From positions 1 through 64,000 of IMG/VR virus record IMGVR_UViG_3300028886_000037: a DNA stretch of 64,000 bases. One strand, 5' to 3'. Positions 17,207-27,600 of this stretch are shown piece after piece (position 1 is the stretch's first letter; every line of letters starts with the position of its first letter). Under the pieces are notes generated by a model that worked only from the letters and a program-made list of their open reading frames with translations, made no database searches and was not told the origin of the DNA. The position numbers and the translations under genes were made by a program. Origin of the DNA: a virus. Taxonomy: Duplodnaviria > Caudoviricetes.

Positions 17207-17722
17207 TTAGATAATGGTCTTGCCATCAACCTTCATGGAAATGATGTTTTCGATGTCGATGGAGACCGGGACGAGACCGTTAGCCTCTTCGTTGATGTGA
17301 CGAGCGGGCTTGAGGTATGCGGAGTAGGATTCCTTTTCGTCCCACTTCTTGCCGTTGAGGAGGAAGTGAGAGCGAGACTTGTGATCCTTGTCGGTATAGA
17401 TGCGGAGGCAGATCTTGCCGGTTTCCTCGTTCTGAGCGAGGATTCCTTCGTAACCTTCTACCCAGTGGTAGTTGCTGTTACGTTCGCGTTTTACTTCCTT
17501 TTCGTGGCCAGCGTTCTTGGCGTAGAGTTCCTTGAAGTCGTAGCCGTTGCCAGCGTAAGAATCGAACTCGGTGATCTTGACCATGTTGTCGATATTCAGA
17601 CCTTCGTTGAGCAGAGCTTCCTTGGTGCAGGCAGATTTGCGGAACGGATGACCAGCCTTAGCAGTGGTGATCTGGATGTTGTGGCGGCCGAAGAGGGCGG
17701 AGAAGAGTTCGGTTTTGATCAT
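17207..17722 (-). CDS. Hypothetical early protein
   Basis: Follows the early promoter at 17754-17796; hairpin downstream. Confidence 0.7.
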   Translation of the reverse strand: MIKTELFSALFGRHNIQITTAKAGHPFRKSACTKEALLNEGLNIDNMVKITEFDSYAGNGYDFKELYAKNAGHEKEVKRERNSNYHWVEGYEGILAQNEETGKICLRIYTDKDHKSRSHFLLNGKKWDEKESYSAYLKPARHINEEANGLVPVSIDIENIISMKVDGKTII

Positions 17723-17753
17723 TTTTGATGTCCTTGATAGGAGGTTAAGTTCT

Positions 17754-17796
17754 TTTACATAGTTAATATAGGTATTTCGGCAGAGTTTGTAAACCC
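17754..17796 (-). promoter_or_regulatory. Early sigma70-type promoter (TTTACA-17-TATATT)
   Basis: GGGTTTACAAACTCTGCCGAAATACCTATATTAACTATGTAAA. Confidence 0.75.
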
Positions 17797-17825
17797 TTTT
17801 TCTCGAAAAAACTTAAAAAAGTCAA

Positions 17826-18635
17826 TTATTTTTGAGAAAATTCAAGAATTTCTCCGTTCGACAGGGTCTCTGCATTAAATAACTTAGTCTTCAGGATGTC
17901 GACCATGTCGTAGCACTTGATCGTCTTCATCTTTCCCTTTCCTGGTATCTGGAACAGGCGAAGCTCGTTGATCTTCAGGTCCGTGTGTTTCTCCACGATG
18001 TACTTGTAGAGACTCAGCTGTAGGCTGTACTCGGACACATTAGTGTTCGGAAATGCTCCAAACGGCTCTTTCATCTTCTGAGATCCAGAGCTTACAGAGA
18101 ACTGCTTAGAAGTCTTCCAGTCAAGAATGTCGATCGTGTCCGTGCGCTTGTTGTAAGCAACGAAGTCGATAGTTCCAGATAGACCGAGAGCTGAGTCGTT
18201 TACGATGACTTCGTTCGCGATCGGCTCGTACACGTTCTTCATCTTCTCGTACAAGTCGACGCAGATTCCCTTGCGGTACTCAAAATCTTCTATCATTCCA
18301 GGAAACTTGCTCATAGCATCGTAGTCGGGCTTATTCTCGTCCTGTTTCCACAGATGCTCCATCACAGCGTGCACTTCGGTGCCTAGACAGCGTGCGTAAG
18401 CGCCTTTCTGTTCCCACTCATCCAACACTTCATTGACTGGTCTTGCGTCACGTAGAGCGCATTTAAGAGCCATTCTGCACTTGTCGAACGGAATAGCGAA
18501 CTTGCCGACGAAAGTGGTCACTGATGTATAGACAGTGCCCTTAGAGTCGCTGTACTTGTGAGCGATCGGTTCGATCGAGATGTCGTTGAACTTCTTTAGT
18601 TCTTCTTTTGCGAATTCTATGCTGGTAGACGCCAT
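17826..18635 (-). CDS. PD-(D/E)XK exonuclease (RecB/Cas4-like superfamily)
   Basis: SVTT, GTEVH, E, GTIDFV, DWKTS and YSLQLSLY motifs. Confidence 0.85.
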   Translation of the reverse strand: MASTSIEFAKEELKKFNDISIEPIAHKYSDSKGTVYTSVTTFVGKFAIPFDKCRMALKCALRDARPVNEVLDEWEQKGAYARCLGTEVHAVMEHLWKQDENKPDYDAMSKFPGMIEDFEYRKGICVDLYEKMKNVYEPIANEVIVNDSALGLSGTIDFVAYNKRTDTIDILDWKTSKQFSVSSGSQKMKEPFGAFPNTNVSEYSLQLSLYKYIVEKHTDLKINELRLFQIPGKGKMKTIKCYDMVDILKTKLFNAETLSNGEILEFSQK

Positions 18636-19027
18636 ATTAGTTCCTTCTTGCCAGCGATCATTCTGATGATTTCACGCTGAGTCAAGTCACCATTGAGATG
18701 GTGAATGTTGTTGAAGTTGATGTGTCGAGTTACCTCGTAAGTGAACTGATATCCGAGCTTCTTGTAAGCTTCGGCTGCGATCTTGTTCGCGTTCAGTTCG
18801 ATCAAAGAAGTGTTTCCGTAGAGCATCTCCACGTTCTTCTGGTCACGATGCGCAAGCTCATGGAGAATCTTGAAAACATCAAGAAAGCGCGTAACCCTCT
18901 CGAAGTTTAGCGTTATCTTGTCCGTGTACGGATCATAGCAGCACTGCTTGCCGTAGTCAGCGTCCTTGATGTCGAATTCTCTGTAAGCCTTCGCGACTCT
19001 ATTTGCTGAATCTTCTAACGAACTCAT
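18617..19027 (-). CDS. HExxH zincin-like (IrrE/ImmA-type) protein
   Basis: ILHELAH ... IELNANKIA. Confidence 0.6.
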   Translation of the reverse strand: MSSLEDSANRVAKAYREFDIKDADYGKQCCYDPYTDKITLNFERVTRFLDVFKILHELAHRDQKNVEMLYGNTSLIELNANKIAAEAYKKLGYQFTYEVTRHINFNNIHHLNGDLTQREIIRMIAGKKELIWRLPA

Positions 19028-19409
19028 GATTAGTTATTACTCCATCCCTAGTTGAATATCGGAAGTGAATTGATAGGATGTGCGGATCGTCTGTCTGACC
19101 CAGATCCGCAGTTGATCTGTCGATTATTATGCTCAGAGCATTTTCGATATCCTGATAGATACGATTTCTGATCTCTTCCTGATCCACGTTCTTCTGGAAC
19201 AGGATCTGGTAGAGAGGACTTCCGAACTGGAGGTTGAAGAGTCTCTCGCCTGGAATCGTCAGAAGGTAGTTCTCCAAAGCCTGATCCATAGCATGAGTAC
19301 CCTTGCACTCATACTCGTTCTTGTCGTTGAAGAGACTTACGTCGTAATAGCCCGAGTCTATTTTGTCGCCAATTCTCTTAAAGTCTGGAGATTTCGTTAT
19401 GTCTAGCAT
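18999..19409 (-). CDS. Baseplate wedge subunit gp25
   Basis: QALENYLLTIPGERLFNLQFGSPLYQILF signature. Confidence 0.9.
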   Translation of the reverse strand: MLDITKSPDFKRIGDKIDSGYYDVSLFNDKNEYECKGTHAMDQALENYLLTIPGERLFNLQFGSPLYQILFQKNVDQEEIRNRIYQDIENALSIIIDRSTADLGQTDDPHILSIHFRYSTRDGVITNHEFVRRFSK

Positions 19410-19426
19410 ATAGCTTATTTATCAAG

Positions 19427-19454
19427 AAAAAGACCCGCCGTGGTTAGGCGGGTC
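19427..19454 (-). terminator. Rho-independent terminator after the tail sheath gene
   Basis: GACCCGCC/GGCGGGTC stem plus T-run. Confidence 0.75.
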
Positions 19455-19479
19455 GTTGCGGAGGTTCGATATGGACTGA

Positions 19480-22400
19480 TTAGATTCTAGTCGTGGATTC
19501 CACCGGTGTGATCGTTCCAGTGTTTCTGTTGAGGATGAGTGTGACCTCGATTCTCTCGATAGATTCAGCAGGTTCGAAGCTGATGTTCACGTAGACCAAG
19601 TGCGTATCCTTCTGATCCGGAATGACCTTGACTTCTCGCTTGAGAATGCCCTGACCAGACTGAATTCTTCCGAGGAAGGTGTCAACGGCAGTCTTCATCG
19701 AAGATCTGTTCGTTGTGGTGTTCTTCTGGTAGAGGTACGGGATCAACTTGCTCTCGAGGCGCTTCTCGATGAAGTTGCAGAGCTTACGGATGTCGATTCT
19801 GTTGAGAGCGGACTCCTTCTTCAACATCGTCTTCTGGCCCATGATGACTTCGCCGTATGCCGGGAAGTACATAGAGCTGTTGACGTGGATAGAGTAGAGC
19901 TGACCGAACTCGTCATCTTCTAGACGCACCATCGGATGATCAGAGTATCTGATGCGGCCGTTTGCGACGCCTGCAGGAGCCATCCACGGCTTGTCGAAGT
20001 TGTCGACGTAGCAGCATGCGACAGCAGCAGCCACAGATCTCGGCAGCATCACCCATGTTGAGGTGAACGGATCGAAGTAAGAGTCGTAGTCGTCATAGCC
20101 TGCGACGTAAGAGCCGTCAGCGAAGCTGAACATCTTACCTTCGGAGAGCTTGAGACGGATCGTCTTAGCTTCCTTAGAAGTACACTGGATGATACCGAGG
20201 TCCATCTTTCTCGCCATAGCGATCTGGCCGATGCGGTTCATCATAGCCATGTACTTCTGCTTACCAGAGAATGTCTCGACCGGTTCCACGTTGAAGAGGT
20301 AGTCGAAGTAAGCCTTCTTTCTGTTCTTGTACAGATCAAGAGCCTTCGTCTTCTCCTTCACGTTGTTGAGCTTAGAGTTGGTACCGCCAGTCATCTGGTA
20401 GATTGACCAGGTCATAGCAGGCATCTCATACTGTCCCTTGTAGTTGACAGAAGCTTCAACGGACTTCTTAGACACGTAGATGAACTGAGAGTTGCCGTTG
20501 ATCACGTAAGGAGCCCATAGGCTGTTGCCATTCTCATCCTTAGCGTTCGGGTCGTTAGAAACGAGGAATGTCTCTACCGGTGAGCTCGTGAGAGCATCGA
20601 GTCCGAAGCCCCAGACAGCCTGTGTCTTAGAAGGAGCCTTTGCGTACACGTTGATACGATAGACCTTCTTCCAAGTCAAGTTGAGCGGGTTAGAGCGGTA
20701 ATCGAGACCACCAGACTCTGGATCGTTGATCTTGTCTTCATCGTCGTAACGATAGAGCCAAGAGAATGCGTTCTGGTGATAGAGAGCTGGGATCAAAGCA
20801 GCTTCCGGAGTGATGATCGAGATACCGATGTCGTTACCGAACTCGCCAGGACCGATTGCGCCGATGACGAGCTGATCTGTCTTCTTAGACTGGTACATCT
20901 CAATGTCGCCGTTACCTGGCTCGCCATCGTTCTTGCAAGCAGGTGTGTAACCGTCCTTCCATCTTCCAGTAGGATCTGAGAAGACTTCCGTAGAAGAGAT
21001 AGCGTAAAGCTGACCGATGTCCGGATCGTTGTCTAGACCGACCTGCCACGGCTTGATCACGCCACCTGGAACTCCAACGCCGTAGTTAGCGACGGTGACG
21101 AACTTCTTGGTAGATAGATCACGATAGAGCATCCAAGTGTTTGCATACTCGATAGCAGCCTTGTCATGATTTGTGATTCCGAGTGTCGGATTTGGATTCT
21201 GCTCAGAATATAGAGCCTCGTCAACTACGATCAGCGCATACTGAACGAGTCGTTCGTCATCCTTTGCGAGCTTGTACTCAAGGATGCGATACTTGTCATT
21301 TGCGATGTCGGATACGTCTACGCCATAGTCAGATGCGACCTCTTCGATAATAGAGCTATTATCTTTATCTGTCGTCTTGATGACCTTCGGATATGTAGAA
21401 TCCATTGTGACGAGCATGTATTTGCTGTCTGCTGTGCCATACTCTGTGAACTTAATGCCGTGAACATCGGTTCTTCCGCTTGTCCAGTCCGTCTTCTCGA
21501 TGACGAAAGTCTTCGTAAGTCCGTCGTCCCAGTCGACTAGATCGACCTTGACAACCTCGAAGCCGTCATTGTCTGGAGTAGTCGGATCGTTTAGAGACTG
21601 AGTGTAGCTCTTAGCCTTGTTCAAAGATGCGTCGTAAAGTGCAGAGAATGACGCAGCAGCCTTGGCCTGATCCGGAACATAGAGAATGATGTTGATCTCT
21701 CTGCTGTCCAAGCTAACGCTAGCTGGGATATGGATCACAGTAGCGAGGTAATCTGTATTGTTGTCGACGATCTTGTCGTTTGCGATCTGGTAGTAATACA
21801 GAGATCCGCGAAGATCCGTAGTATTGCTCTTCTCAGTCATGCTCTCAGAGAGCTTTGCTGTCGGCATAGCGAACAGGGTCGGCTGAACGATCTGAACACC
21901 GTCTTCGTTCTTAGTGTAGACGATGTAAGCAGTTCCTTCTACTACGCCATATTCCTTGTTCTCGGAATCCGTGCCGAGATCACGATAGATGTAGAGATTT
22001 TCCTGGAGATTTCCAGAGAACTTCTGATACACATCCTTGATCACGATACGCTTAGAAGCGCCGATGAACTGATAGGTTGCACTGTTCTTTGTGTAAGGCT
22101 TGAAACCTGCGCTCTCTGCGATCTGCGGGTTGTAGTAGTTGCTAGCGCTTGAATCAGTGATGTCGATATCCGTGATCAACTTGATCTGATTCTCGATGTT
22201 GTTGTCGACGAAACGGACGTTTTCGACGTTCTGCTCGTGATTCTTGTCAGTAGAGCCCTCATAAGGGTACTGGATCTGAGCGTAGCCTTCATCGCCCTGA
22301 GTAGCTCTCACAGCGAGAAGCTGGGTAGCGCCACCGCCTTCGAAATAGACCTGAGCCGCGAAGTGGCCAAACTGATTCGGGTTGTCAGGAGTGCCGAAGT

Positions 22401-22566
22401 ACTCGTGGAACTTGTCAATAGTCGTGCAGAGAACGCGCTGGTTCGGATAGCCTCTGTTGGCGTTGATAACGATAGCGCCAATTCCATCGCCTGGTTCCGC
22501 ATTTGGTCTCACGGTATTGTCGATTTCAGAGAAACCAACGCCCGGAGTTGTCCATTTTGTAGCCAT
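19480..22566 (-). CDS. Tail sheath protein gp18 (enlarged, 1028 aa)
   Basis: TPGV..SEID N-terminus; PWMAPAG..NG, GQKTM, ALNRIDIRKL and PAESIERI C-terminal motifs. Confidence 0.95.
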   Translation of the reverse strand: MATKWTTPGVGFSEIDNTVRPNAEPGDGIGAIVINANRGYPNQRVLCTTIDKFHEYFGTPDNPNQFGHFAAQVYFEGGGATQLLAVRATQGDEGYAQIQYPYEGSTDKNHEQNVENVRFVDNNIENQIKLITDIDITDSSASNYYNPQIAESAGFKPYTKNSATYQFIGASKRIVIKDVYQKFSGNLQENLYIYRDLGTDSENKEYGVVEGTAYIVYTKNEDGVQIVQPTLFAMPTAKLSESMTEKSNTTDLRGSLYYYQIANDKIVDNNTDYLATVIHIPASVSLDSREINIILYVPDQAKAAASFSALYDASLNKAKSYTQSLNDPTTPDNDGFEVVKVDLVDWDDGLTKTFVIEKTDWTSGRTDVHGIKFTEYGTADSKYMLVTMDSTYPKVIKTTDKDNSSIIEEVASDYGVDVSDIANDKYRILEYKLAKDDERLVQYALIVVDEALYSEQNPNPTLGITNHDKAAIEYANTWMLYRDLSTKKFVTVANYGVGVPGGVIKPWQVGLDNDPDIGQLYAISSTEVFSDPTGRWKDGYTPACKNDGEPGNGDIEMYQSKKTDQLVIGAIGPGEFGNDIGISIITPEAALIPALYHQNAFSWLYRYDDEDKINDPESGGLDYRSNPLNLTWKKVYRINVYAKAPSKTQAVWGFGLDALTSSPVETFLVSNDPNAKDENGNSLWAPYVINGNSQFIYVSKKSVEASVNYKGQYEMPAMTWSIYQMTGGTNSKLNNVKEKTKALDLYKNRKKAYFDYLFNVEPVETFSGKQKYMAMMNRIGQIAMARKMDLGIIQCTSKEAKTIRLKLSEGKMFSFADGSYVAGYDDYDSYFDPFTSTWVMLPRSVAAAVACCYVDNFDKPWMAPAGVANGRIRYSDHPMVRLEDDEFGQLYSIHVNSSMYFPAYGEVIMGQKTMLKKESALNRIDIRKLCNFIEKRLESKLIPYLYQKNTTTNRSSMKTAVDTFLGRIQSGQGILKREVKVIPDQKDTHLVYVNISFEPAESIERIEVTLILNRNTGTITPVESTTRI

Positions 22567-22678
22567 ATTGAAATTCTCCTAGTATAATAGCTTTCGTGAC
22601 TGACATTTCGAGGGCCAGTCAATCTTTCTAAGTTATTTATACTAACTGTTGCAACGAAAATGTTGATAGTTGATTAGT

Positions 22679-24184
22679 TCATACTAACTTGGAGATGGGC
22701 AAAACTGTCGATTTTTGCTTAAATTTCTGCTCTACGTAGTATTTTGAGCGCTCTAGCCAGTGGTCATAGAGGTAGTTCGAGTGAACTTTGCCTCTCTTCG
22801 ACTTGTACCGCATGTCGTCGATGATGTCGTAAATGATCACTTTCGACTTCTCTGGATGCTTTCTGAGGCCACGGCCGATGGACTGGAGGACCTTGATCTT
22901 GGACTTCGAGTCTGCGAACAGGATGATCTCGTGAATCTTCTTGATGTTGACGCCAGTTGACATGGTGCCGTAAGTCGCCACGATGATCAAGCCGTCAGAC
23001 TCTTCTGCGGAGATTCTGATGAATTCACGCTCAGCTGACTTCACTGATCCAGTGATCTTGACGACTTTTCGATCTTTCGCGTGCTCCTTCAGGTAGTCGA
23101 TCGTAGCTTCTAGATGGTCGACGTGATTGCACAGAATGAGCATGTTGTGATTCAAGTCGGTCTTTCTCAGGATGATGTCGAGGATATGCATGCGGTCCTC
23201 GTACTCTTCAGTGAGTCTAACCTCTTCGGGATACGTTCTCTCCTGATTTTCCTTGATGAAGTCGATCGGGTACTGCAGGAACAGGTTAGCGACGATGATG
23301 TCGGTCAAGAAACCTCGGCTGATCAACTCTTCTGAACTGATCTTGTAGAGCGTCTTTCCTAGAACGGACTTCACGTCATACTTCTCGACTGCCGAAGTCG
23401 GCAGCGTACCGGTCGTACCGATCTTGAAGTCTGCGTTGATGCAAAACTGAACCATCGTCGATACACGAACACCTCTGAGACCATGGGCCTCGTCGATTAT
23501 GACTGCGTTCACGTCCTCGAAGTAGTCGGCTGACTGCTTCATCAACGACTGCCATGTCGTGATCAGGATCGTCTTGTGGTAAGTAGGAACGTGATCCTTG
23601 TCTTGGAGTTCGCACCACTTGTCCAGGTTGGACCATCCGTAGTCTTCGAAGTCCTTGTACATCTGAGTCACTAGCATGATGGACGGAACGATCAAAAGCA
23701 TCTTCTTGTAGCCGCGTTCCATCATCAAGTTGCGCATGATGAGGTAGATCATTAGCGACTTACCAGAGGAAGTGCAGCACTCTAGAATGCCACGCTTTCC
23801 GTTCAGAGCAGCGAATGCAGAGTCAAGCTGATAGTCTCTAGGCTGGTATTTCGATCCAGCCATGATCTGCTTGCAGTTTGCTTCGAATTTCTCTCTGGAC
23901 AGCCATTCTACTGGCTCTTTTTCGTAGTTCTCGAACTTGAGCTCGTACTTCTTGTTGTCGCACCACTTGATCAGCTCATCTACGAGTCCGATAGGGAACT
24001 TATGGGTCGTAGTCTTGAAGAAGTGAGTCTTTCCGTCCCAAGTGTGATTCTGGTAAGCGGGTACGAACTGATATCCGTCCTTGTGGATAGCGAAAGCATT
24101 GTCCAGCTCGAATAGAATATCTCCGTCATTGACCTGAATAAAGAAGTGAGTCTCGTTGATCTTAGTTGCAGTTATTCGTCCCAT
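22679..24184 (-). CDS. uvsW: UvsW-like SF2 DNA helicase
   Basis: WDGK, PRDYQ, TSSGKS, DEAH, TGT and LQSIGRGLR. Confidence 0.93.
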   Translation of the reverse strand: MGRITATKINETHFFIQVNDGDILFELDNAFAIHKDGYQFVPAYQNHTWDGKTHFFKTTTHKFPIGLVDELIKWCDNKKYELKFENYEKEPVEWLSREKFEANCKQIMAGSKYQPRDYQLDSAFAALNGKRGILECCTSSGKSLMIYLIMRNLMMERGYKKMLLIVPSIMLVTQMYKDFEDYGWSNLDKWCELQDKDHVPTYHKTILITTWQSLMKQSADYFEDVNAVIIDEAHGLRGVRVSTMVQFCINADFKIGTTGTLPTSAVEKYDVKSVLGKTLYKISSEELISRGFLTDIIVANLFLQYPIDFIKENQERTYPEEVRLTEEYEDRMHILDIILRKTDLNHNMLILCNHVDHLEATIDYLKEHAKDRKVVKITGSVKSAEREFIRISAEESDGLIIVATYGTMSTGVNIKKIHEIILFADSKSKIKVLQSIGRGLRKHPEKSKVIIYDIIDDMRYKSKRGKVHSNYLYDHWLERSKYYVEQKFKQKSTVLPISKLV

Positions 24185-24208
24185 TTTACTTACCTTCAGT
24201 TTCTGTAT

Positions 24209-24628
24209 TTATTTCCATTCTTCTGGAGTGAAACGATCCGAGAACGACTTGTAATAGTGCCAACGAGCACGCTCATCCGCTATCACTCTTCTCGCTTGTT
24301 CGTCCGATGAGAATCTCGTCACTCGACCGTCATAGTTCGTGACTGATCCAGTTATGTGACCCACGACATATCTCTTAAGCTTCTTGTTCCAAACGAGCGG
24401 CCGAGTCGCTGCTACGATTGGACCGGTTCTCAGAATGAGAGAGTTTGTAAAGTTCTTTAGCTTTGATATGTCGATCTTGACATAGTTTGGACTTTCCATT
24501 TCATTCACCACCACCAGATACCTCCGACTATCAGGAAAGCGATAAGCCACAATACGATCGATGCCATTATCGCCCAAGAACGATTGGATCCAAGGTACGC
24601 TGGCGTTCCGTCGCAGGATATGATCCAA
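24209..24628 (-). CDS. Hypothetical protein (true start probably near 24500)
   Basis: The 5' part of the ORF overlaps 24505..24693. Confidence 0.45.
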   Translation of the reverse strand: MDHILRRNASVPWIQSFLGDNGIDRIVAYRFPDSRRYLVVVNEMESPNYVKIDISKLKNFTNSLILRTGPIVAATRPLVWNKKLKRYVVGHITGSVTNYDGRVTRFSSDEQARRVIADERARWHYYKSFSDRFTPEEWK

Positions 24629-24693
24629 GCGAGAAGGAGTGCAGCTATGATTCCCAGAATTATCACTGGAGTTGTAAGTGTCAATGTGATCAT
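24505..24693 (-). CDS. Small membrane protein (2 TM)
   Basis: Two hydrophobic helices; GAGGT RBS. Confidence 0.6.
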   Translation of the reverse strand: MITLTLTTPVIILGIIAALLLAWIISCDGTPAYLGSNRSWAIMASIVLWLIAFLIVGGIWWW

Positions 24694-24695
24694 AA

Positions 24696-27600
24696 TTACC
24701 TCAGGAACTTCTTTTTAGCCTTCGTCATCTTGTACTCGATATAGTCTTTTCTCGACTCTGCCCAGCCTATGCACTCGAACAGAGCGTGGAAGTTAGACAT
24801 GAAGAACTTCTCGAAAGTCGTATCGTAGTCGATCTCGAACATTTGGTCAAATTCCTTCGGCCACTTCTCGAAAGCCATCTGGTCGAAGCCGTATTTGTTT
24901 CGCGGATAGAGGAATATGTGCTTAGCCTTAGATCCACGCTGGAGCGTGTCGTATCCTAGCTTCTCTCTCGCGTTTACGTAGTTGAAGTTGACGCCTATCT
25001 TTGCGCAGTAGTGAATGTGGTCCGGATAGGTGAGGCCGTTCTTGACGTACCAGTCGATTTCGTGGTCCATCACAGACAGGTCGCCGATAGTTCTGGACGC
25101 CGAGATGTCCTCTGGCTTGGACGCCTTGAATTTCAAGTAAGCGTCCTGAATCTGTCTCGTCGTCTCTTCTTTGCTCTGTCCGAGTAGAACGTCCGCAGTG
25201 ATCTTGACGGCGTATTCCTGACAGAATACCGGGAACTCTGCCTTCTTTAGAATTAGACCCTGAATCTTCAAGTGCTTGTGCGGATCTTCCTCGTATCCGA
25301 AGAACTTGCCGTCCTTGTCGACGACGGATCCGAGATACATCTTCTTTCCGTAAGAGATGAAGTTCGAGAACATGTTCTCACGAGTGAAGATGATGCGGTT
25401 GTGCATCTTGTTCTTCTCGGCCTTCGCGTCTAGAATTCTCTTCCAGAACCAGTTCATCTGCTTCTCCATGCAGTAGAACCATTCCATGTCGTCCATGTAC
25501 GGGAAGAGGTTGATCTTGTGTTCGTCGAAGCAGTAGTAGTTGGAGTCTGTGTCGACCTGAACGACGACAGACTCGCGATCCACGAACTTGACTGGCTTCT
25601 CGATCACGTTCACGTTGTCGATTGGACGACCGTTGATCTTAGCGTTGCGCTGAAGATCGAAACCGGAAATTGTAGAGTCGTCTGGATGCTTGAAGTTGGC
25701 CTTGAGCTCTTCCATGATAGTCTCTTCGCCAGTGAATCTTGCGCCGCCGTCGTGGACTCCCAACTGCATCTTGAGCTTCTTTCCGTCCATCTCGACTTCA
25801 ATTTCGTCGCCAGGCTTGTAGTAGTGGCAGTCGCCGTCGTAGACCACGTTGATGATGCGTTCGGACGTGATCTTCTTGATAGGATTGAGAAGAGCCTTCT
25901 GTGTGAGGTCGTTCACGAAAATCGTTACAGCTGCGCCGCCGATAGTATTGGCAGTCGTTACGTCCTTCGCGAGAATCTTGCCCTGATCCGTTTCGACTTC
26001 GTCTTCCTTCTTGTACCACTTGGTGTTGATCTTGATGACTGGGAAGAAGTCCATCGAATCTTTGAGGATATACTTGGAACGATAGTAGCGGTCCGTGTTG
26101 TCCTTGAGATAGCGGATGGTGACTCGAGCGCAACGAGTGATGGAGCGGGCGCAGTCGATGTTGAAGAGGTGGAACTGCGGGAACAGGCAAGCGCCGTATA
26201 GAGAGTTGATGAGCTTCTTACGGGTGAGCTGCAGCGTGCGGTAGCGGTCGGCAGCGATCTTGTCGCCAGCCTTCTCGGCGTCCTGCATGAGCAGCTTGAA
26301 CTTGAGACGTTCGTCGAAGATCTTTGACACGACAGACGGCAGAATAGCAGTGTCGTTGTTGATGAATCCGACTCCGTTGACTTCAGAGCGGATGACCTTT
26401 CCGGAATCGATGTCCTCTTGGCTCGGCTTGATGACGCGAGTCTCGGGAGAGATGTTGTACATGATGATGTGATTCGGATAGGACGACGTGATGTCTCCGC
26501 TCATGTTGTGCTGGTAGCGTCCAGGATCCGCGTAGCAGTAGCCTGCCTTCACAGCGTAAGGCTCGAACGAAGTCGGAGACTCCGGCGTGCAGTTCTGATA
26601 CTCGATGATGCCGTTTCCGAGATCCTTCTTGAAGTAGCCCTCGTCGTGCCACCAGTCTGCTGGCTTCTCGTATCTGTCGTTGTAGACCTGATTCTGCGCA
26701 TGAAGAAACTTCATGATGTAGCCGTCGTGTGCGGCCGTCATCGCGAAGACAGAGTCAAGTGTGATAAGAGCTTCATTGGCGTATGCGATAGTCGTCGGCC
26801 ACAGACGCTTTTTCTCTTCGATCTTCACCATCAGGCGCACGTCTTGGACGTTATACTCGACATAGGTCGTATAGTCCTTGATGTAGTGCTCGGTGAGACC
26901 ATATTCTAGCTTGACCTTTCCTTCGCCAGTTTCTTTCTTGCCGATATAGTCCAACTTCCAAGACGGCGAGTTCTTCACGAAGCCGATGAACTTGTAGAGC
27001 GCCAGATAGTCGATCATGTAGAGGCCTGGAGACGAGAAGTGATATCCCGTTACTTTACCCTTGTCGTCAGTGATCGGTCGCTTCTGAGGAGGAAGTTTGA
27101 GCGGAGAAAGCAGACGAGTGTAATCGAGCTTGACGCCGTTCTCTCGCTGGATCTTCTGCATACGGCCGATGATATACGCATCATCGAACTTCTCTGAGTT
27201 CCAGCCAGTCAGAATATCGAACTTCTGCTGCCAGAACCAGACGTAAAAGTCCTTCATCATCTCTAGTTCGGACTCGAACCATTTGTAGTTGGTCACGTCG
27301 GGAGAGTTGCCCTCATACGGCTCCAGACCCCAAGTGAAAGTCTCGCCAGCGACCGTCGAGTAGACAGTGATCAGGTTGATCGGATAGTTAGCTTCCTCGG
27401 GGTTCGGGAACTCCTGATTTATGAAGCAGCTGTCGTAGTATTTGCGCCACTCGTTTCGAACGATGTCCCAGATTTCCCACTTTTTCGTCTTGCAAGTGTG
27501 CTCGAACTGATACAGAGTCATCGTCTCTTCGTGGCCGTCCTCGATCAAGCGAAGCTTCACTTCCTTGTTGAGGTAGTAGCGTCTCGAAGTCTGCGTTTCA

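Noticed and set aside
17826-18635. Cas4-like nuclease as part of a CRISPR system
   Set aside because: No array or other cas genes and no clear four-Cys Fe-S set; stand-alone PD-(D/E)XK nucleases are common in phages.
23522-23531. 10-nt match (minus strand) to the orphan guide AGCCGACTAC inside uvsW
   Set aside because: Too short to exceed chance in 128 kb of both strands, and not preceded by TTTAT.
25580-26080. Functional intein in the DNA polymerase
   Set aside because: No N-terminal C/S block, no terminal HN-C/S/T and no LAGLIDADG motifs seen.
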